Origin: Sporopachydermia quercuum
Taxonomy: Eukaryota
Assembly (NCBI GenBank): GCA_001599295.1
Contig: BCGN01000005.1
Location: forward strand, 930,001-994,000
Reading direction: 5' to 3'
DNA length: 64,000 bases
The stretch's first letter is position 1. Every line of letters starts with the position of its first letter. Below are positions 47,833 through 63,263 of this stretch, in pieces. The notes below the pieces were generated by a model. It worked only from the letters and a program-made list of their open reading frames with translations, ran no database searches and was not told the origin of the DNA. Made by a program: the position numbers and the translations under genes.

Positions 47833-49806
47833 ACATCAATACGATTCCCTGTAGAGTGTTACAATGCAATGCAATACAATCGAATCCAATCCATTCAACA
47901 CAGCAAACTCAGCAAAATGGTCAAAAAAACAACTTGTTATATGCTAAAAAGAGTGAATAAATGAACGATTATAACAATTGGTTTTTAATTAACGATCTAT
48001 CAATTCCAACCATCTTTTCCTTTATAATTTTTACTTCCTCGCTTTCTTTAATTCTCTTTCAAACTTTCATTTTCTCTGTGGCGTTGATTCACTGGTGGAA
48101 GAAAGAGAAAAAGGGTACCAAACATGAAATCACACAATAAAAGTGTGGAAGTTTGGTGTGGTTGTGAAAATGTTACTGTGAGTCGAAGTCTATTTTAGTA
48201 TGACGAGTTTTATGGTAAATGATGGGTGTACCCTGTTGAAATTAGAGAATATAATAATGAGAAGGGATACATTTATACCTTTAAGTTGCTATATAAGATA
48301 TATCTACATTTGAAAAATGGATATTCATAATAAAACAATTGTTATAACAGTACGTAGAAATTTAGTAGTAGTGGAAGAACAAGTGGTGCGGATGTAAGAA
48401 TTAAACTTTCTTCGCGGTGTTCCTTTATAGTGAGTGGATATTGTGCGGAGAGCGTGGCCTATGTTAATGGCGTAGGAAATGGACGTAGATTTCAGAGATA
48501 GCAAATTAAGTTAGCGGTTTCTTTACATATTTTCTGTTTATTTTTAGAGACCATTCGTTAGAATCATTCTTCTACGAGTAAAGAATCATCAAATGCCAAT
48601 TGATCATAGGTTACATACGGGTCTACGGTGAAATGAGCTCCTTCACTGTCAGTCCCTTGTTACTGAATGGATAGAAACAGGAAATGGGTAATGGGAAACG
48701 AGGAAGGCTTGTGCGGTTATTACTGAATCAGTCAATAGGAAATGGTATAAATGATCTAATTAACGATCTCGGTTGCTAGTTTTCTCCTTTTATCTATCCA
48801 TATAGAAGGGTAGTATATTGGAAATTGGAAGTAGGAATATTTTAATATTACATTAATCTGGGAATAAGGAAAATGAGGAACTCAGATTGATCCGATCAGT
48901 TTTGCACAGAACTGAAGCACAAGCGGTGGATGTTTCATGGAAATGTACTCGTTTTTGAGGAAGAAAAGACACAGGAATTACTGATTAACGAAATACGAGC
49001 AAATTGTATTCAGATCAATACGAAATATAATAAGTGTGGTTACTAGTCTAAGGTAAAGAGTTTATTAGTTCCAATGCTTGATTGCAAATTGGAGCTGAGT
49101 GAGTGTCGTGATTTCACATAGTGAAAAACTAGTACTCTTAAGTTTGCTACAATATACTGCTATTGAGCCCATTCAAGGCCATTTTAGTCTCCATATTTGT
49201 GCTGAAGCTTTTGGACTAATTTGTTTGGAAATCATGCTAGTGATCGTAGTTGTAACAGACCTCTGAGGAGAAAGCCGGCTTACCAATCGAGGCTCATCTT
49301 GCAATTGACTGACCGAAAGCTGTTATAAAACCTTATGTACCATAATATTCAGTAGATTGTACCTGAACACCGTATCATGCTTTGACACTTCCTTTTGCAC
49401 TTGTGCAATACACACACAAGTACTTCATGTATCGGANTGAATCGCTTATTAAGACCTACAATCTATTAACATTTCTTACTTTTGACAGGTATTTCATAAA
49501 AGGACCGATAATTTCAAGTTTTTTTCATTACTCACATGGTTCTTATTAACAGCACTGAAATTGAATCATACTAAAGCTTCAACTTTAACCGAATTAAGAA
49601 ACTAGGTTCTAATATTATAAACCAAACCTTATTAAACTTCCATCAGGGGAAAGCTAATTCAATAACTTGAACTCTATTTATTCCCCAATTGATGATGGGT
49701 TGGTATTTTTCTTAAACAAAAGAAAGATACATCCTAGCTAATCTGATGCTTCATAAAAGCAGAGAATTCTAAAAACGCCAAAATTTATTAGAAAGAGCTT
49801 TATTTA

Positions 49807-51576
<1,770 letters not shown>

Positions 51577-52749
51577 CTTTCAATTGAGTTCAGATACTTG
51601 TAATGAACCAGAGAAACACCATAAATAAAACGAATAATAATGCTACTTATTTTCAAACACAACTGCCAAATTAAAACTGATGCAAAAAAAAAAAAGAAAA
51701 ACAAACAATAAAGCATCCCTTCCCGTCCGTTCTTCTTATATTCCTTTGTATTTCCTATCAACGTTTAAGCAGTTCGTTACATCTTGCCTTTAGGGTTACG
51801 TGATCATGGATCAGAGTTTTAATAAGCTCATCACATGATATACGTAAGGGGATAATAGGTATAGGGATAGAGGGATGAGCAANCTATTTGTTCGACCATC
51901 TGAAGTGAATCCTATANTAATTGTTACGACATTGGTGTTATTCAATTGGTTTATGAAATTAATTCTATTACATTTTGACTTCTTTGGAGTATCTTTAGCT
52001 GTATATTAAAGCTAAGAAGCAGTTTTCTGTACTACCTGCNATCAATTGATGATCAGCCCTTTTCCTTGTAGAAGTCGGTATATTATTACATTAGTGTACA
52101 CAAAGCACTATTTCTTCATTTTAATCTCAGAACGCGGGGATTCCTGCTTTTAGAGGACGAAATACCAGGTACAGGCAACTGGGATCCACCGCTTGATATG
52201 ATAACGACCAATGAGATTGAGAATCGGAATCAGAGATAGAGAGAAAGCAGTGAAAGAAGCGCAATTTAGATATTATTTTCTGAATCAATGGAAATAGCCA
52301 AAAATTGATTATATCACTACTAATAGTATAATGTATTCACAACCATAATAGATGGTTCGATTTATGGTGAGTGCGGAGTGCATTGTAACAGATGATGATT
52401 CATGGGGATACATCATTAAGTTGTGTTCATCGTTCAATCCAAAAGCAGGTTGGTGTGGAAGCACAATCTCTACAAATACTAGAAATAAACAAGTTATCAA
52501 TAGTTACAATAAATAAACACGTAGCATATCATTAGAATATATATATATATATAAAAGAACTATATCTGCCCTTTCTCGATCGGTGGAGGAAAAGAAATCC
52601 TACCACCCTATATTCTATCGTCACAAAATAACAAAACCTTAACATTACAAATAGGTGTCTTTTTGAGAACCTTTTTGACCCCATATCTCTATTATTCTAC
52701 AAACAACCATTTTTATACATTTTCACATGATATGCTCAAGCCTGAACTA

Positions 52750-54522
52750 TTAAGAATCCAGAATAGTATGATAACTGTATTCCTCCAATAACTGCTCAGT
52801 AGTCTTGACTTTCAAACTAAGGAATAGAGCAGCTAAAGCACTCACACCACCAAATCTAAAGACCCATCCAATTGAATTGTCATAGGTAAACTGTTTAGAA
52901 GAATCACTAGTAGTTAAAAGTTGAAATATCAAAGAACTACAAAGACTTGATATGATTTGAGGCGATGAAACAAAAACATTATGAATACCCAAGATGACTC
53001 CTGCTTCATGTTCGTAATCCGTATATTTTCCTGTTGCCTCTTGTCCTAAGCTTAATTGTTCGGCTTTCAGCTCCTTGATCTGACTTATTTCTTCTGAAAT
53101 CAAAACAAAGGGAGCCCAAAGGGCTATACCCCAGGGAATTCCTAAAAACGTGATCATAATCACGGCCCCATTAGATGATGAGATCAAAAAAGTTGATGTG
53201 GTTGACAAAGCAAATATTAGATGTCCTATTATCCAACATTTTCCAACTGTAAGCCAATTCCATACAAATCTAGAAGTCTGTTTAGATTTCTCAAGCAACG
53301 TAGGCCTCACGATCTGTGGCAGTATGATGTTTGTCAATAAGGTTAAGATGGCATGAAATAACAAAGCCTGTGAACCTTTTCTTGTAGCAGCTTCATCTAA
53401 GTGGTCCATTTCAGTATTTGATAAAGGCGGCAAAGATGGATCTCGATTATCAAAGAAATCTTTTTTATATAGTTCTCCAACAAAAGTACTTGTGTAGAAA
53501 AGCATAGGGAAATAACCAATCCAAGCAAAGAACTGAATTTTACAGACGAGTGTTGCTTGAGGAGGTAATCTTTTAATTGAATACCAAGTTTGATAGACCA
53601 ACACTTGAATATACCTGTACCACTTTAGTTTCCCTGTAGTTTCTGATATCGGGATGTTGAGCTTTTTAATCCTTAGGTCAGTTATTCTTCTCTCATACCT
53701 GATTGTTGGATCTACTGTGGGATCTCTTTCTTTTATATAAATAGAAGCCATTGATACAGTAACCAACAATGCAAACACTGCGCAAGCTGCAAGCACTCTA
53801 AATTGAGTATTACCTAGAAATCCCAATACATTTGGCAGATTAATAGCCCCCAAGAAGAACCCTAAAATATTGAACCCTCCTGTCATTCTAGCTGCCCAGG
53901 CGTTAGCAACTTGCTGTTGATGAGTTGGAACATTATCGACAATAAAAGCTCTACCAGCGGCTTGAATGGCTGAGATTGAAAAATCAAGAACATAAACACC
54001 TACAACAGCAAAAGGAATCGTGGAACTTTTCACTTTATCGGGATCAGACACGAATAGCGATACCAAATAGGTAGACCAAGAAAGATATAGTAATGAGATA
54101 GAGACAGCTGTACCTCCAAAAATGATGAAAGGTCTACGTCTTCCAAATTTCCATTGACAATTATCAGAGAGAATACCAACAATTGGTTGACCTAAAGTAC
54201 CAGATAATGGCCCAGCTATCCAAACTAAAGCAAGAGTTCTTTTCGTTATCCCTAACGATAGTAGGAACGGAGTTCCCTCGGAGAACTCAGCTGACCACGA
54301 TAACTGCAGACCACCAATTACCAGTGTTAGAATCACAATGTAAAGGAAACTTCTATGAGGGTTAATCGACTCAATCAAGTTTTCTTCAGCATCTTCCAAG
54401 CTGGAAATGGACCGTTCACTAATGCTATCAATCGTATCACTACTTCGAGCATGCCCCAATACGGGCCTCCTTTCTGGATCTTCTTCCATACTATTCAATT
54501 CGTACTCTCCAATTTTACCCAT
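52750..54522 (-). CDS. GPH-family sucrose/alpha-glucoside:H+ symporter (S. pombe Sut1-like)
   Basis: GGLQLSWS..GTPFLLSLG, WIAGPLSG..QPIVG..SD, GRRRPF, QFFAWIGYFPMLFY, AGVILGIHNVFVSSPQ. Confidence 0.88.
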   Translation of the reverse strand: MGKIGEYELNSMEEDPERRPVLGHARSSDTIDSISERSISSLEDAEENLIESINPHRSFLYIVILTLVIGGLQLSWSAEFSEGTPFLLSLGITKRTLALVWIAGPLSGTLGQPIVGILSDNCQWKFGRRRPFIIFGGTAVSISLLYLSWSTYLVSLFVSDPDKVKSSTIPFAVVGVYVLDFSISAIQAAGRAFIVDNVPTHQQQVANAWAARMTGGFNILGFFLGAINLPNVLGFLGNTQFRVLAACAVFALLVTVSMASIYIKERDPTVDPTIRYERRITDLRIKKLNIPISETTGKLKWYRYIQVLVYQTWYSIKRLPPQATLVCKIQFFAWIGYFPMLFYTSTFVGELYKKDFFDNRDPSLPPLSNTEMDHLDEAATRKGSQALLFHAILTLLTNIILPQIVRPTLLEKSKQTSRFVWNWLTVGKCWIIGHLIFALSTTSTFLISSSNGAVIMITFLGIPWGIALWAPFVLISEEISQIKELKAEQLSLGQEATGKYTDYEHEAGVILGIHNVFVSSPQIISSLCSSLIFQLLTTSDSSKQFTYDNSIGWVFRFGGVSALAALFLSLKVKTTEQLLEEYSYHTILDS

Positions 54523-55009
54523 TCATTTTATTTTCTCTTCGTTCGAATTGTACGAACAACCAAGTGAAAACTTCTTTGATTTGCAACGAGAATGAAAAGG
54601 CAACTCAGCACAATCCTCTCCATTGATTAGACTACCTTAATCGTATCATATTTGTCATTCTTCAGAATTATTATTAATTGATTTTAGGGGAAACTTTCCT
54701 TTTTAGAAATAAGGGAAGATTACGCCTATTTAATGATTAGTTAAGCAGGTAATATATCGTCTCAAAACTGGGCCTCATCTCAGTAAATGATAATTGTTTT
54801 AAGTAGTTTTGTTGACATAATCAAGATTGAACTAGCGAAGTTAGTCAGGTTACGTTACAGAGGAGTGTATTGTTGCTGGACCTGGTGAATAAATGACTGA
54901 ATGAACGAACTATTAATTCACTTATTGATATTATCTATTTGATGGGACACTTAAGACTTACACTGTGATAGTATATTGATGGTTTGGTGAATAGGATAGT
55001 TAAGAAACA

Positions 55010-55663
55010 ATGGGGAATTCTGCCTCTTCCTCTAATGGTGTGAAGATCACTTCACAAGATCAGACTATCTTAGAAATGAAGATTCAAAGAGATAAGCTGA
55101 AGAAGTATCAAATTAAAATCAGCACAGTAATGAATAGAGAAAAACAGATAGCACGGTATTGGCTAACAAAAGGTGATAAGAAACGGGCGTTAATTGCCAT
55201 TAGGAAGAAGAAATATCAAGAAGGACTATTTGAGAAGTCGTTTCAGCAACTGAACACACTAGAAGATCTTATAAACTCCGTTGAATTCAAGTTAATTGAG
55301 AAGGATGTGTTATTTGGATTATCGGAAGGTAACAATGCCTTGAAAATCCTTAATGCAGAGTTGTCAATGGATAAAGTGGAGAAACTTATGGATGAAACTG
55401 ACGAAGGTATACGGTATCAAGAGGAAGTAAGTACAATGTTAGGATTTTCTATAACTAATAACCAGGAATTTGAAGTCCAAGAAGAGTTAGAACGATTGGA
55501 GCGGGAAGAGCAAGAAAAGATTGCACCAAAGTTACCGGAAGTACCGCATTTACCTCCTCTTGTGGATGGAGTGTCCAAGGAAGAAGAATTAGGATTGGTG
55601 AAAAACAAGAATAGCAAGAGCAAAGAAAGACAATCTCAGAAACCAGAGGCGCTGTTGGCTTGA
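55010..55663 (+). CDS. VPS20: ESCRT-III subunit Vps20
   Basis: Myristoylation start MGNSASS, KITSQDQTILEMKIQRDKL, Snf7-family helices, LPEVP and terminal ALLA. Confidence 0.93.
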   Translation: MGNSASSSNGVKITSQDQTILEMKIQRDKLKKYQIKISTVMNREKQIARYWLTKGDKKRALIAIRKKKYQEGLFEKSFQQLNTLEDLINSVEFKLIEKDVLFGLSEGNNALKILNAELSMDKVEKLMDETDEGIRYQEEVSTMLGFSITNNQEFEVQEELERLEREEQEKIAPKLPEVPHLPPLVDGVSKEEELGLVKNKNSKSKERQSQKPEALLA

Positions 55664-55867
55664 CTGAGTTCTTACATTGTCTTTTATTTATTTATTTATT
55701 CGGTCAAGAAAAATACTTGGCATCAGTGGGAATATATATGATCAATTATTTGTATTTGATTTGCATTATAGAATCAGAATTTAATATTTACATAATCATT
55801 AATAAGACTATATCAGTTTTACTGTAAGTAAGACTACCATAACTAATCAGTTTTTCATAGCCATTTT

Positions 55868-56935
<1,068 letters not shown>

Positions 56936-57556
56936 CTAATATTCTGGTAATAAAAAATATTCAAAACTGTTCTATTCCATACCATCAACACTGGTAACTG
57001 CAACATACTGATATCGATAGAATAAAGGAGCTTCTTGTTGATTGCTCGGCTAAGCAATCCCGTTGAACATTCTATGTGATAGTTTGGACCCAAATCGGTA
57101 AACTCAGGCGCATTAACCCCCAAAGCTTCCTAATACTGTATCCAGATGAGATGTGATGGTGAGAGTGAAATATTTTAAGCTTGAGTATTCTGCAACTTTG
57201 CTCAGACTGCATGAAAGGTAACTTAATAATAAGTGATTATGTAAGTGTTTAATAGAGGATCCTAACTACCTTTAAAAAAACCTGATGATCATCAATGATC
57301 ACCTAAAGAAACGATAAGAAAAGTAAACGATCTATAGAATGGTTGATTCCCCTTGAAATTTGACGGTAAGTGCTCATATATTGAATGTTGACTATTACAG
57401 ATGTACGTGCAAAAGTAAAAGGAACAGAGCTGTATTGAATGTGTTGTATTGGAAATTGTGTCTGAGCTGGAGCTAGTTCTTAGGAAAAGATTGATTTGGA
57501 CGATCATATAACGCTTACAGGGCCCAAAATATCATTTAAACCATAAATTGAATACA

Positions 57557-58252
57557 ATGTCCTGTCATGATGAACATGGGCACGATGATGATCATCATCA
57601 CCATAATGCTTCAAATCATGTTAAACCATTAACTACGTCACATTCTATTTCGTTGCATTCTCGGATAGATTTATCGAAAGTGAGGGCTTTGAATGAAAGT
57701 GAACCTGAGGCAGCTAAAAAGATATTCAGACCGCATGAGAAACGATTTGAAGTTGATTCCTTTTTAGAATCAGATTGTGATGAGCAATTGATTATATTTG
57801 TTCAATTTACAGGTATAGTAAAACTATATTCTCTATTACTTCGATCATTTTCTGACAGCTCGGCACCTAAAACTATTAAACTGTACAAGAATGATGATTC
57901 ATTGGATTTTGATATAGTTGATTCAGTCCCTGCGACTTACGAGTTTACTTTCCCAGAAAATGTTGGGTTTGATGAGAATGATGAGAACGCCGATGACATA
58001 ATTGACGATGAAACAGCTGGGATCGTTGAGAATTTTCTTCCAAGACATTTATTTTCAGGAGTAACCCATCTGGCAATATTTATTGAATCAAATTATGGTG
58101 AAGATATAACTAAATTGTTGTATCTGGATTTACGAGGTGAGTTCTCTGAGCTCACGAAAGACCCTGTAATCACTCTCTACGAGGCTGCTGCTAACCCCAA
58201 AGATCATAAGAATCTAGTTCCGGGTGAGAATCTAGGGGATCAAACTTTCTGA
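57557..58252 (+). CDS. PITH-domain protein (PITHD1-like)
   Basis: MSCHDEH..His-rich start, LESDCDEQLIIFVQFTGIVKL, APKTIKLYKN, YEAAANPKDH; first ATG at 57557. Confidence 0.9.
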   Translation: MSCHDEHGHDDDHHHHNASNHVKPLTTSHSISLHSRIDLSKVRALNESEPEAAKKIFRPHEKRFEVDSFLESDCDEQLIIFVQFTGIVKLYSLLLRSFSDSSAPKTIKLYKNDDSLDFDIVDSVPATYEFTFPENVGFDENDENADDIIDDETAGIVENFLPRHLFSGVTHLAIFIESNYGEDITKLLYLDLRGEFSELTKDPVITLYEAAANPKDHKNLVPGENLGDQTF

Positions 58253-58588
58253 CGGTCCCGATATTTAGGTATTTGGGAAAATTGGACACTGAAAATAACA
58301 TCTGGGAATATTGGTGAGCTCCAAATCTATAGTCGAAATGAGTATCTATATCCTAGAATGGTTTCTTGTTTTGAATGAGCAGAAAATAAACTATCACATT
58401 AAACGAAAGTTAGCCTATATAAAAATAAAAAATCCATTAACAAATATAATAATGACATCTAAAATACCATGGTCATTTAGCCGAGACCCAGTTTTAATAT
58501 AACCCTTACTACACTACAATAAAAATTAGTGATCAATGGAACCTTTCTGAAAGGGACATTCTTTCCATCTTCTTGATGGATTTTGCTC

Positions 58589-59998
58589 CTAATATCTACT
58601 ACTTAGATATGAAAAGAACCTTCGGAAAAACTTAGATAGTCTTGAAGGCTGTCTAGAAGATGCTACTTGTTGTTCAATATCAGTATTTCTAGGCCTTAAG
58701 ACAAGTGTATCAGGATCACCAAAAACAACTTCAGGTACATCACTTTGTTGCTCGCGAGCAGCTTGTAAAGCAACTGGATCAGGTTCCACAAGGATGCCTT
58801 CATCAGGTCCCTCATATAAATCGTACTTGCACAAAGGGCAGCAAGCCTGTTTTGTAAGAAGCCATGGGCTTATACAATCATCATGGAAAACATGATTGCA
58901 GGTTAAAACCCTGACTTCATCATCAGCTTCTAAATTATCTAAACAAATTGCACATACGTTTCCTGTTTGTTCTATATCGGTAATATCCAAAGCTTGTTGA
59001 TGTGCGTTGAATAAGTTGTCATGACTGGACTCTATCGATGTTCTCGTGTAGGAAGAGTTACTACCATTCTCCCTGTCAATTCCAGCACTGTTATCATCAA
59101 TATTAGTATTAACATTATTATCATTCTTATCGGCATTAATAGTATTAGTAGAATTAGAATTAGCATCATTAGTGTCTTTCACTCCTTCTTCTTTAACAGC
59201 TTCAGTTTTGGTCACGCTTCCCTTATTGTCAGTTTCCACGGTACGTACTGAAGGCGAGTGTAGTTTTGACTGCAAGTTGTGCGAGGAATCTGTCGAAGAT
59301 GTTACAACTGCAAGCTCAGTTTTTGAGGCTAACTCGATTGGTTCATTTTGAATAAGCATGCTGTTCCGGATGTCAGACCTCAAGTTTTGATATACAATAT
59401 TAGAGATATGCTCTGATATCCCACCACCTGCACGTCTACCTTCTTCTGATTGATTGGCTTTCCATTTACTGTACTCAGTAGTAGGAAATCTTTCATCTAT
59501 CTCCTCTCTTTTTAATACTTTCTTTAGTCTGACTCTTCTTGAACCTGCGGCTCGATATAATCGTAAAATCTCTGTATCTCGTGGAGAAGTAAATCTACCA
59601 TTTATGTCTTCCAACATATAACCTTCTAAATTGCTACCACGATTCCGACGCTGTACCCTAACAAAATATCTAACTCCTAATACAATCCAAAGATTGGTGA
59701 AAACTATACCTAAACCCAATGCAATGAAAAATAGAAAAGGTGTACTTCCTCCACCACCACCACCATTTGATGATGATGACGCAGTTTGTGTTGCCGTGGA
59801 TGTGGGAGTATATGAGACTGATGTTGTTGGGGTTCCATTCTCATTTAAACCTGTTGATTGGAGATAGCCATCATTACCAAGATCAATCCCTTGACTGAAC
59901 TGCGCAAAAGTTCCTTTAGTTTCCAAAGCCAAATGTATTGCAATCCAATACACAGCATATTGAGAATAAATGATTGCTGTTGAGTTGATCCTCCTCAT
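58589..59998 (-). CDS. Membrane-anchored RING-H2 E3 ubiquitin ligase
   Basis: Signal-like N-terminus, TM FLFFIALGLGIVFTNLWIVLGVRY, RING-H2 CAICLD...VRVLTCNHVFHDDCISPWL...CPLCK. Confidence 0.88.
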   Translation of the reverse strand: MRRINSTAIIYSQYAVYWIAIHLALETKGTFAQFSQGIDLGNDGYLQSTGLNENGTPTTSVSYTPTSTATQTASSSSNGGGGGGSTPFLFFIALGLGIVFTNLWIVLGVRYFVRVQRRNRGSNLEGYMLEDINGRFTSPRDTEILRLYRAAGSRRVRLKKVLKREEIDERFPTTEYSKWKANQSEEGRRAGGGISEHISNIVYQNLRSDIRNSMLIQNEPIELASKTELAVVTSSTDSSHNLQSKLHSPSVRTVETDNKGSVTKTEAVKEEGVKDTNDANSNSTNTINADKNDNNVNTNIDDNSAGIDRENGSNSSYTRTSIESSHDNLFNAHQQALDITDIEQTGNVCAICLDNLEADDEVRVLTCNHVFHDDCISPWLLTKQACCPLCKYDLYEGPDEGILVEPDPVALQAAREQQSDVPEVVFGDPDTLVLRPRNTDIEQQVASSRQPSRLSKFFRRFFSYLSSRY

Positions 59999-60855
59999 GG
60001 TGTAGGATTGTATTCAATAGTAAGAGCTTGTAGATTATTTCAAATAATCAACTCCGTGGGATGAACACGACTATTGAGCTGAAGATCTCTATACTGCACT
60101 GCATTGTATATAGATAGCATTATAGCAATAGTCTACTCTGATTTCAGCAGAATATTAAATGAGGCCTTGATTAGGGATTATTGTTGATTAATGATCTTCA
60201 TCATTTCAGTTAAAAAGAATTATGATTATGTCATATTTAATTTGTATTAACCAGATATAATAGTTACTGTTTTGGGTAGTGACTGAAATACATTGAAACT
60301 TTGCTGTTACAATTTACGAAATAGGAAAGGTTACCTAGCATCAATAGATATCATAAATATCAAAAGTATTGGATAACGAACGACAGGAGGTAATTACAAG
60401 AATTAAAGATATAGGAAAGCTGTTTAATGCCTCATTTAATAGGATATGCAGTTCTGCACAATCTGGGGAAGAGTTGTGTTTGATGGGGAAAGACAGAACT
60501 GTTACAATTGGTGAATGAGAAGGAATAATGAGGTGGGAAGAGTAAACTATACAACATGAATGACATATTTGAGGCATTAATGGTCAGGTAAGGTATATAT
60601 GACCTTTGGGAAGGATTTTAATTAAGTTGTAGAAGCTGAGAAAGTGAAAATGTTCCAGGGATGGAATCAGGATAGTGCAAAAAAAAAATTGCACGTGGAG
60701 CTTCATAACAACGCAACTATCTCTTCAGTAATCGAGGTCCGAGTCAATAATATAGAATAAGGAAAACAATTTATTGCAATAAATGTATCAGAACTTAGTA
60801 AACAGTAAGTGTACTCTAATCAAACATGTTCATAAATATCTTCTTAAAGGAAGAC

Positions 60856-61849
60856 TTAATGAGATCCAGGTCCACGGCTGACCTTTTCTAAAACGCTTTC
60901 ATAAGCAACTTCACTGAAATCGGTACCTTGGATATCTGTGGAAACACCATTGAGGGCTCTTCTCAAGGCATCCTTGGATGAAGCATAAACCATCTTGGAT
61001 CTGATAGGAGCGGTATCAGGAGACCATGTGTAAAAGACAATCTTACTTCTCTTTCCTTCACCTCCACCGATTTCATATTCAAAATCGTAGACAGCATATC
61101 TGCAATCGTTTTCAGGTAACTTTTCCAAGAACAATTCATAATCGTCATTATCAGAAGTTTCAGCAACGACAATTTCAGTCTTGGAGTCGTTCAAGGCGAA
61201 AACAACAAACTTGTGCTTCTTTCCCAGCTTCAAATCGTTGAAAGCCTTTAGAGATTCGTCATTAACGGCAACACTGTTCCACATTTTGTTAGTTATTTCT
61301 TCATTTCCGGAACCATGTTATAAATATTTCGGTTTTACTCAATGGGAATAAACCCAGATGCTGCAATTGAGCCATTGCGCTAAACGTACCCTGATCTTGA
61401 CTATAAGGACAATGTTAGTGCTATGTTGGAAGGGAAGAACATCTTACGGAGACAACAGTTATGAACTCAGGTGACATGATCTCTTCATTAACAGCGGCCA
61501 GATGATCAAATCGTTGAGTCGGGAACTTAAATGCATCCTCCTGCAAATTGATTGAATAATACTTTGTTCTCTTTTGTGTTTCAGATTGTAGTTTGTATTA
61601 TAGTCCGATCGTCTCCGAGATCTCAATGGCGGAGATCCTAATTATGCTTGGTACAGCAAGTCTTTTCCTTAGCTGATAGAAATGTTGCTCAAATCAACAA
61701 AAATTAAACTTCAACCAGTAGTGGTAATCCGTAACATTCAGCTCTCCGTAAGTTGGTCGGTTGATGCTAATGTGTTTACCTTCAATTCAATTCACAGCTC
61801 TACCTCCTTCAATCAAGTCCACACTGTATACTTCTCAATTACATACCAT
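60856..61849 (-). CDS. COF1: Cofilin, 3 exons
   Basis: Exons 61849-61847 (ATG), 61400-61390 (11 nt) and 61273-60856 give [13 protein letters not shown]...[15 protein letters not shown]. Donors GTATGT and GTACGT; branch points CACTAAC and AACTAAC. Confidence 0.95.
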
Positions 61850-62083
61850 TTTGTAATAATTTGAAATCAATCAATCAATAGATGAAAATAAAACTTCGTA
61901 AACTTATTCAATTACCTTAAATAATTGACTAGAATGACAATAATATTGACACAGAACGGCCAAAGAGTACCTCTTTGTCATCAGGTAGGTACACTAAAAA
62001 GAACAACGAGTCCTTATTACGAAGAAGAGGTGTGATCAATCAATCAAAACATTAATGAATAGCTAATCAATAAAAATAAATAG

Positions 62084-62090
62084 TTACCCG
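62084..62090. promoter_or_regulatory. Reb1-type site TTACCCG in the divergent COF1/LDB18-like promoter
   Basis: Consensus match ~235 nt upstream of the COF1 ATG. Confidence 0.3.
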
Positions 62091-62654
62091 CAAATAGTAT
62101 CATCTCCGAAATTAAATGAGGAGCTATTTTTATGACATCTGATATTGTAGAGGATTATTTGACTCTAACGTTTTGTTTTTCGACATATGATTTTCGGATC
62201 TCTGTGCTTTATAGACACTTGACTCCAACCAATTTTCTACTATGTAAATCAACTAATCTTTTTACTTTTATTCATATTGCATACAGTTTTTTATAATTAT
62301 AACAGATTGTTAATGAGTGGATTTTCACCGGTTCCTTGAAGTAGAAAATTTATCCTGACATTCCTAAAAGGTCAGGTTTCATCTCGGGACAATCTTGTAT
62401 GTCCGACAAATGTGAGATGGGTACGACAACTTAGTATTTATTGATTATATGATCATGTAGTTTCTATGAATTGAACATCTTGATCAAGCTGAACCACAAC
62501 TATTGAGCATAATATTGAAAGTAAACAAATAATATATGCTCTTACCTTGGATTAATTTTCAGTTTGATGACAAAAGAGTATTAGGGCGGACCTTAGTTCA
62601 ACCATGAAGCTATGCCACAATTGGACAATCTAAAAAAAGAATACGATCGGCTCA

Positions 62655-63263
62655 ATGGATGAGTCAATCAAAACCTTGAACAGGCGGATCAGCTTGTTAG
62701 AACTAGGTGTGGTTTCTGCTGATCAATCCGCGGTGTCACAACCGCCGAAGAGCTCAATTTTATCACTGCTCAATTTAATTCTAAAGAAAATAGATAAGAT
62801 AAGCTCTTCGTTACCTGCTATTGAGCTCTTCATAGAGAAGCTAAATGAAGTTGAGCCTGGACTGTGGAAAGAAGTAACCGAGCCAGAATCAAAGACCAAA
62901 AAGGACATAATGGAAGAGCCATTGAACTCATTGAAGCTTAAGGAGGTCAAGAATAAAGCCTACGTTTTGGAGTCGCTTGAGCCGCTAATAAAATTGTTGC
63001 GTGATGATTTCATTCAATTCCCAGAAATGGGTAATCTTCCGCCTTTGTTACAATTGGCTGGTAGCCTCTCTTTAATATCTGAACTCTTGAATGAGTTAGA
63101 GACTGTAGTAAGAAAATTAATTATGAGATCACTACTAGTACTCGAAGTTTTTTTGGAGAAGATTGTTGTAGAGGAGAACGATTTCTGGAATTCAACAGTT
63201 GACAGTTTTTCCAATTTGGCATTACGAATCAGCGCTATTGAACAAAACTGTGAAGACAGCTGA
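62655..63263 (+). CDS. Probable dynactin p24 subunit (Ldb18/Ro10/DCTN3-like)
   Basis: 202-aa helical protein starting LNRRISLLE and ending RSLLVLE..EENDFW..RISAIEQ. It is divergent from COF1, as LDB18 (YLL049W) is from COF1 (YLL050C). Confidence 0.65.
   Translation: MDESIKTLNRRISLLELGVVSADQSAVSQPPKSSILSLLNLILKKIDKISSSLPAIELFIEKLNEVEPGLWKEVTEPESKTKKDIMEEPLNSLKLKEVKNKAYVLESLEPLIKLLRDDFIQFPEMGNLPPLLQLAGSLSLISELLNELETVVRKLIMRSLLVLEVFLEKIVVEENDFWNSTVDSFSNLALRISAIEQNCEDS

Noticed and set aside
61621..61636. TCAATGGCGGAG resembling part of yeast U5 snRNA
   Set aside because: The invariant loop 1 (GCCTTTTAC) is absent
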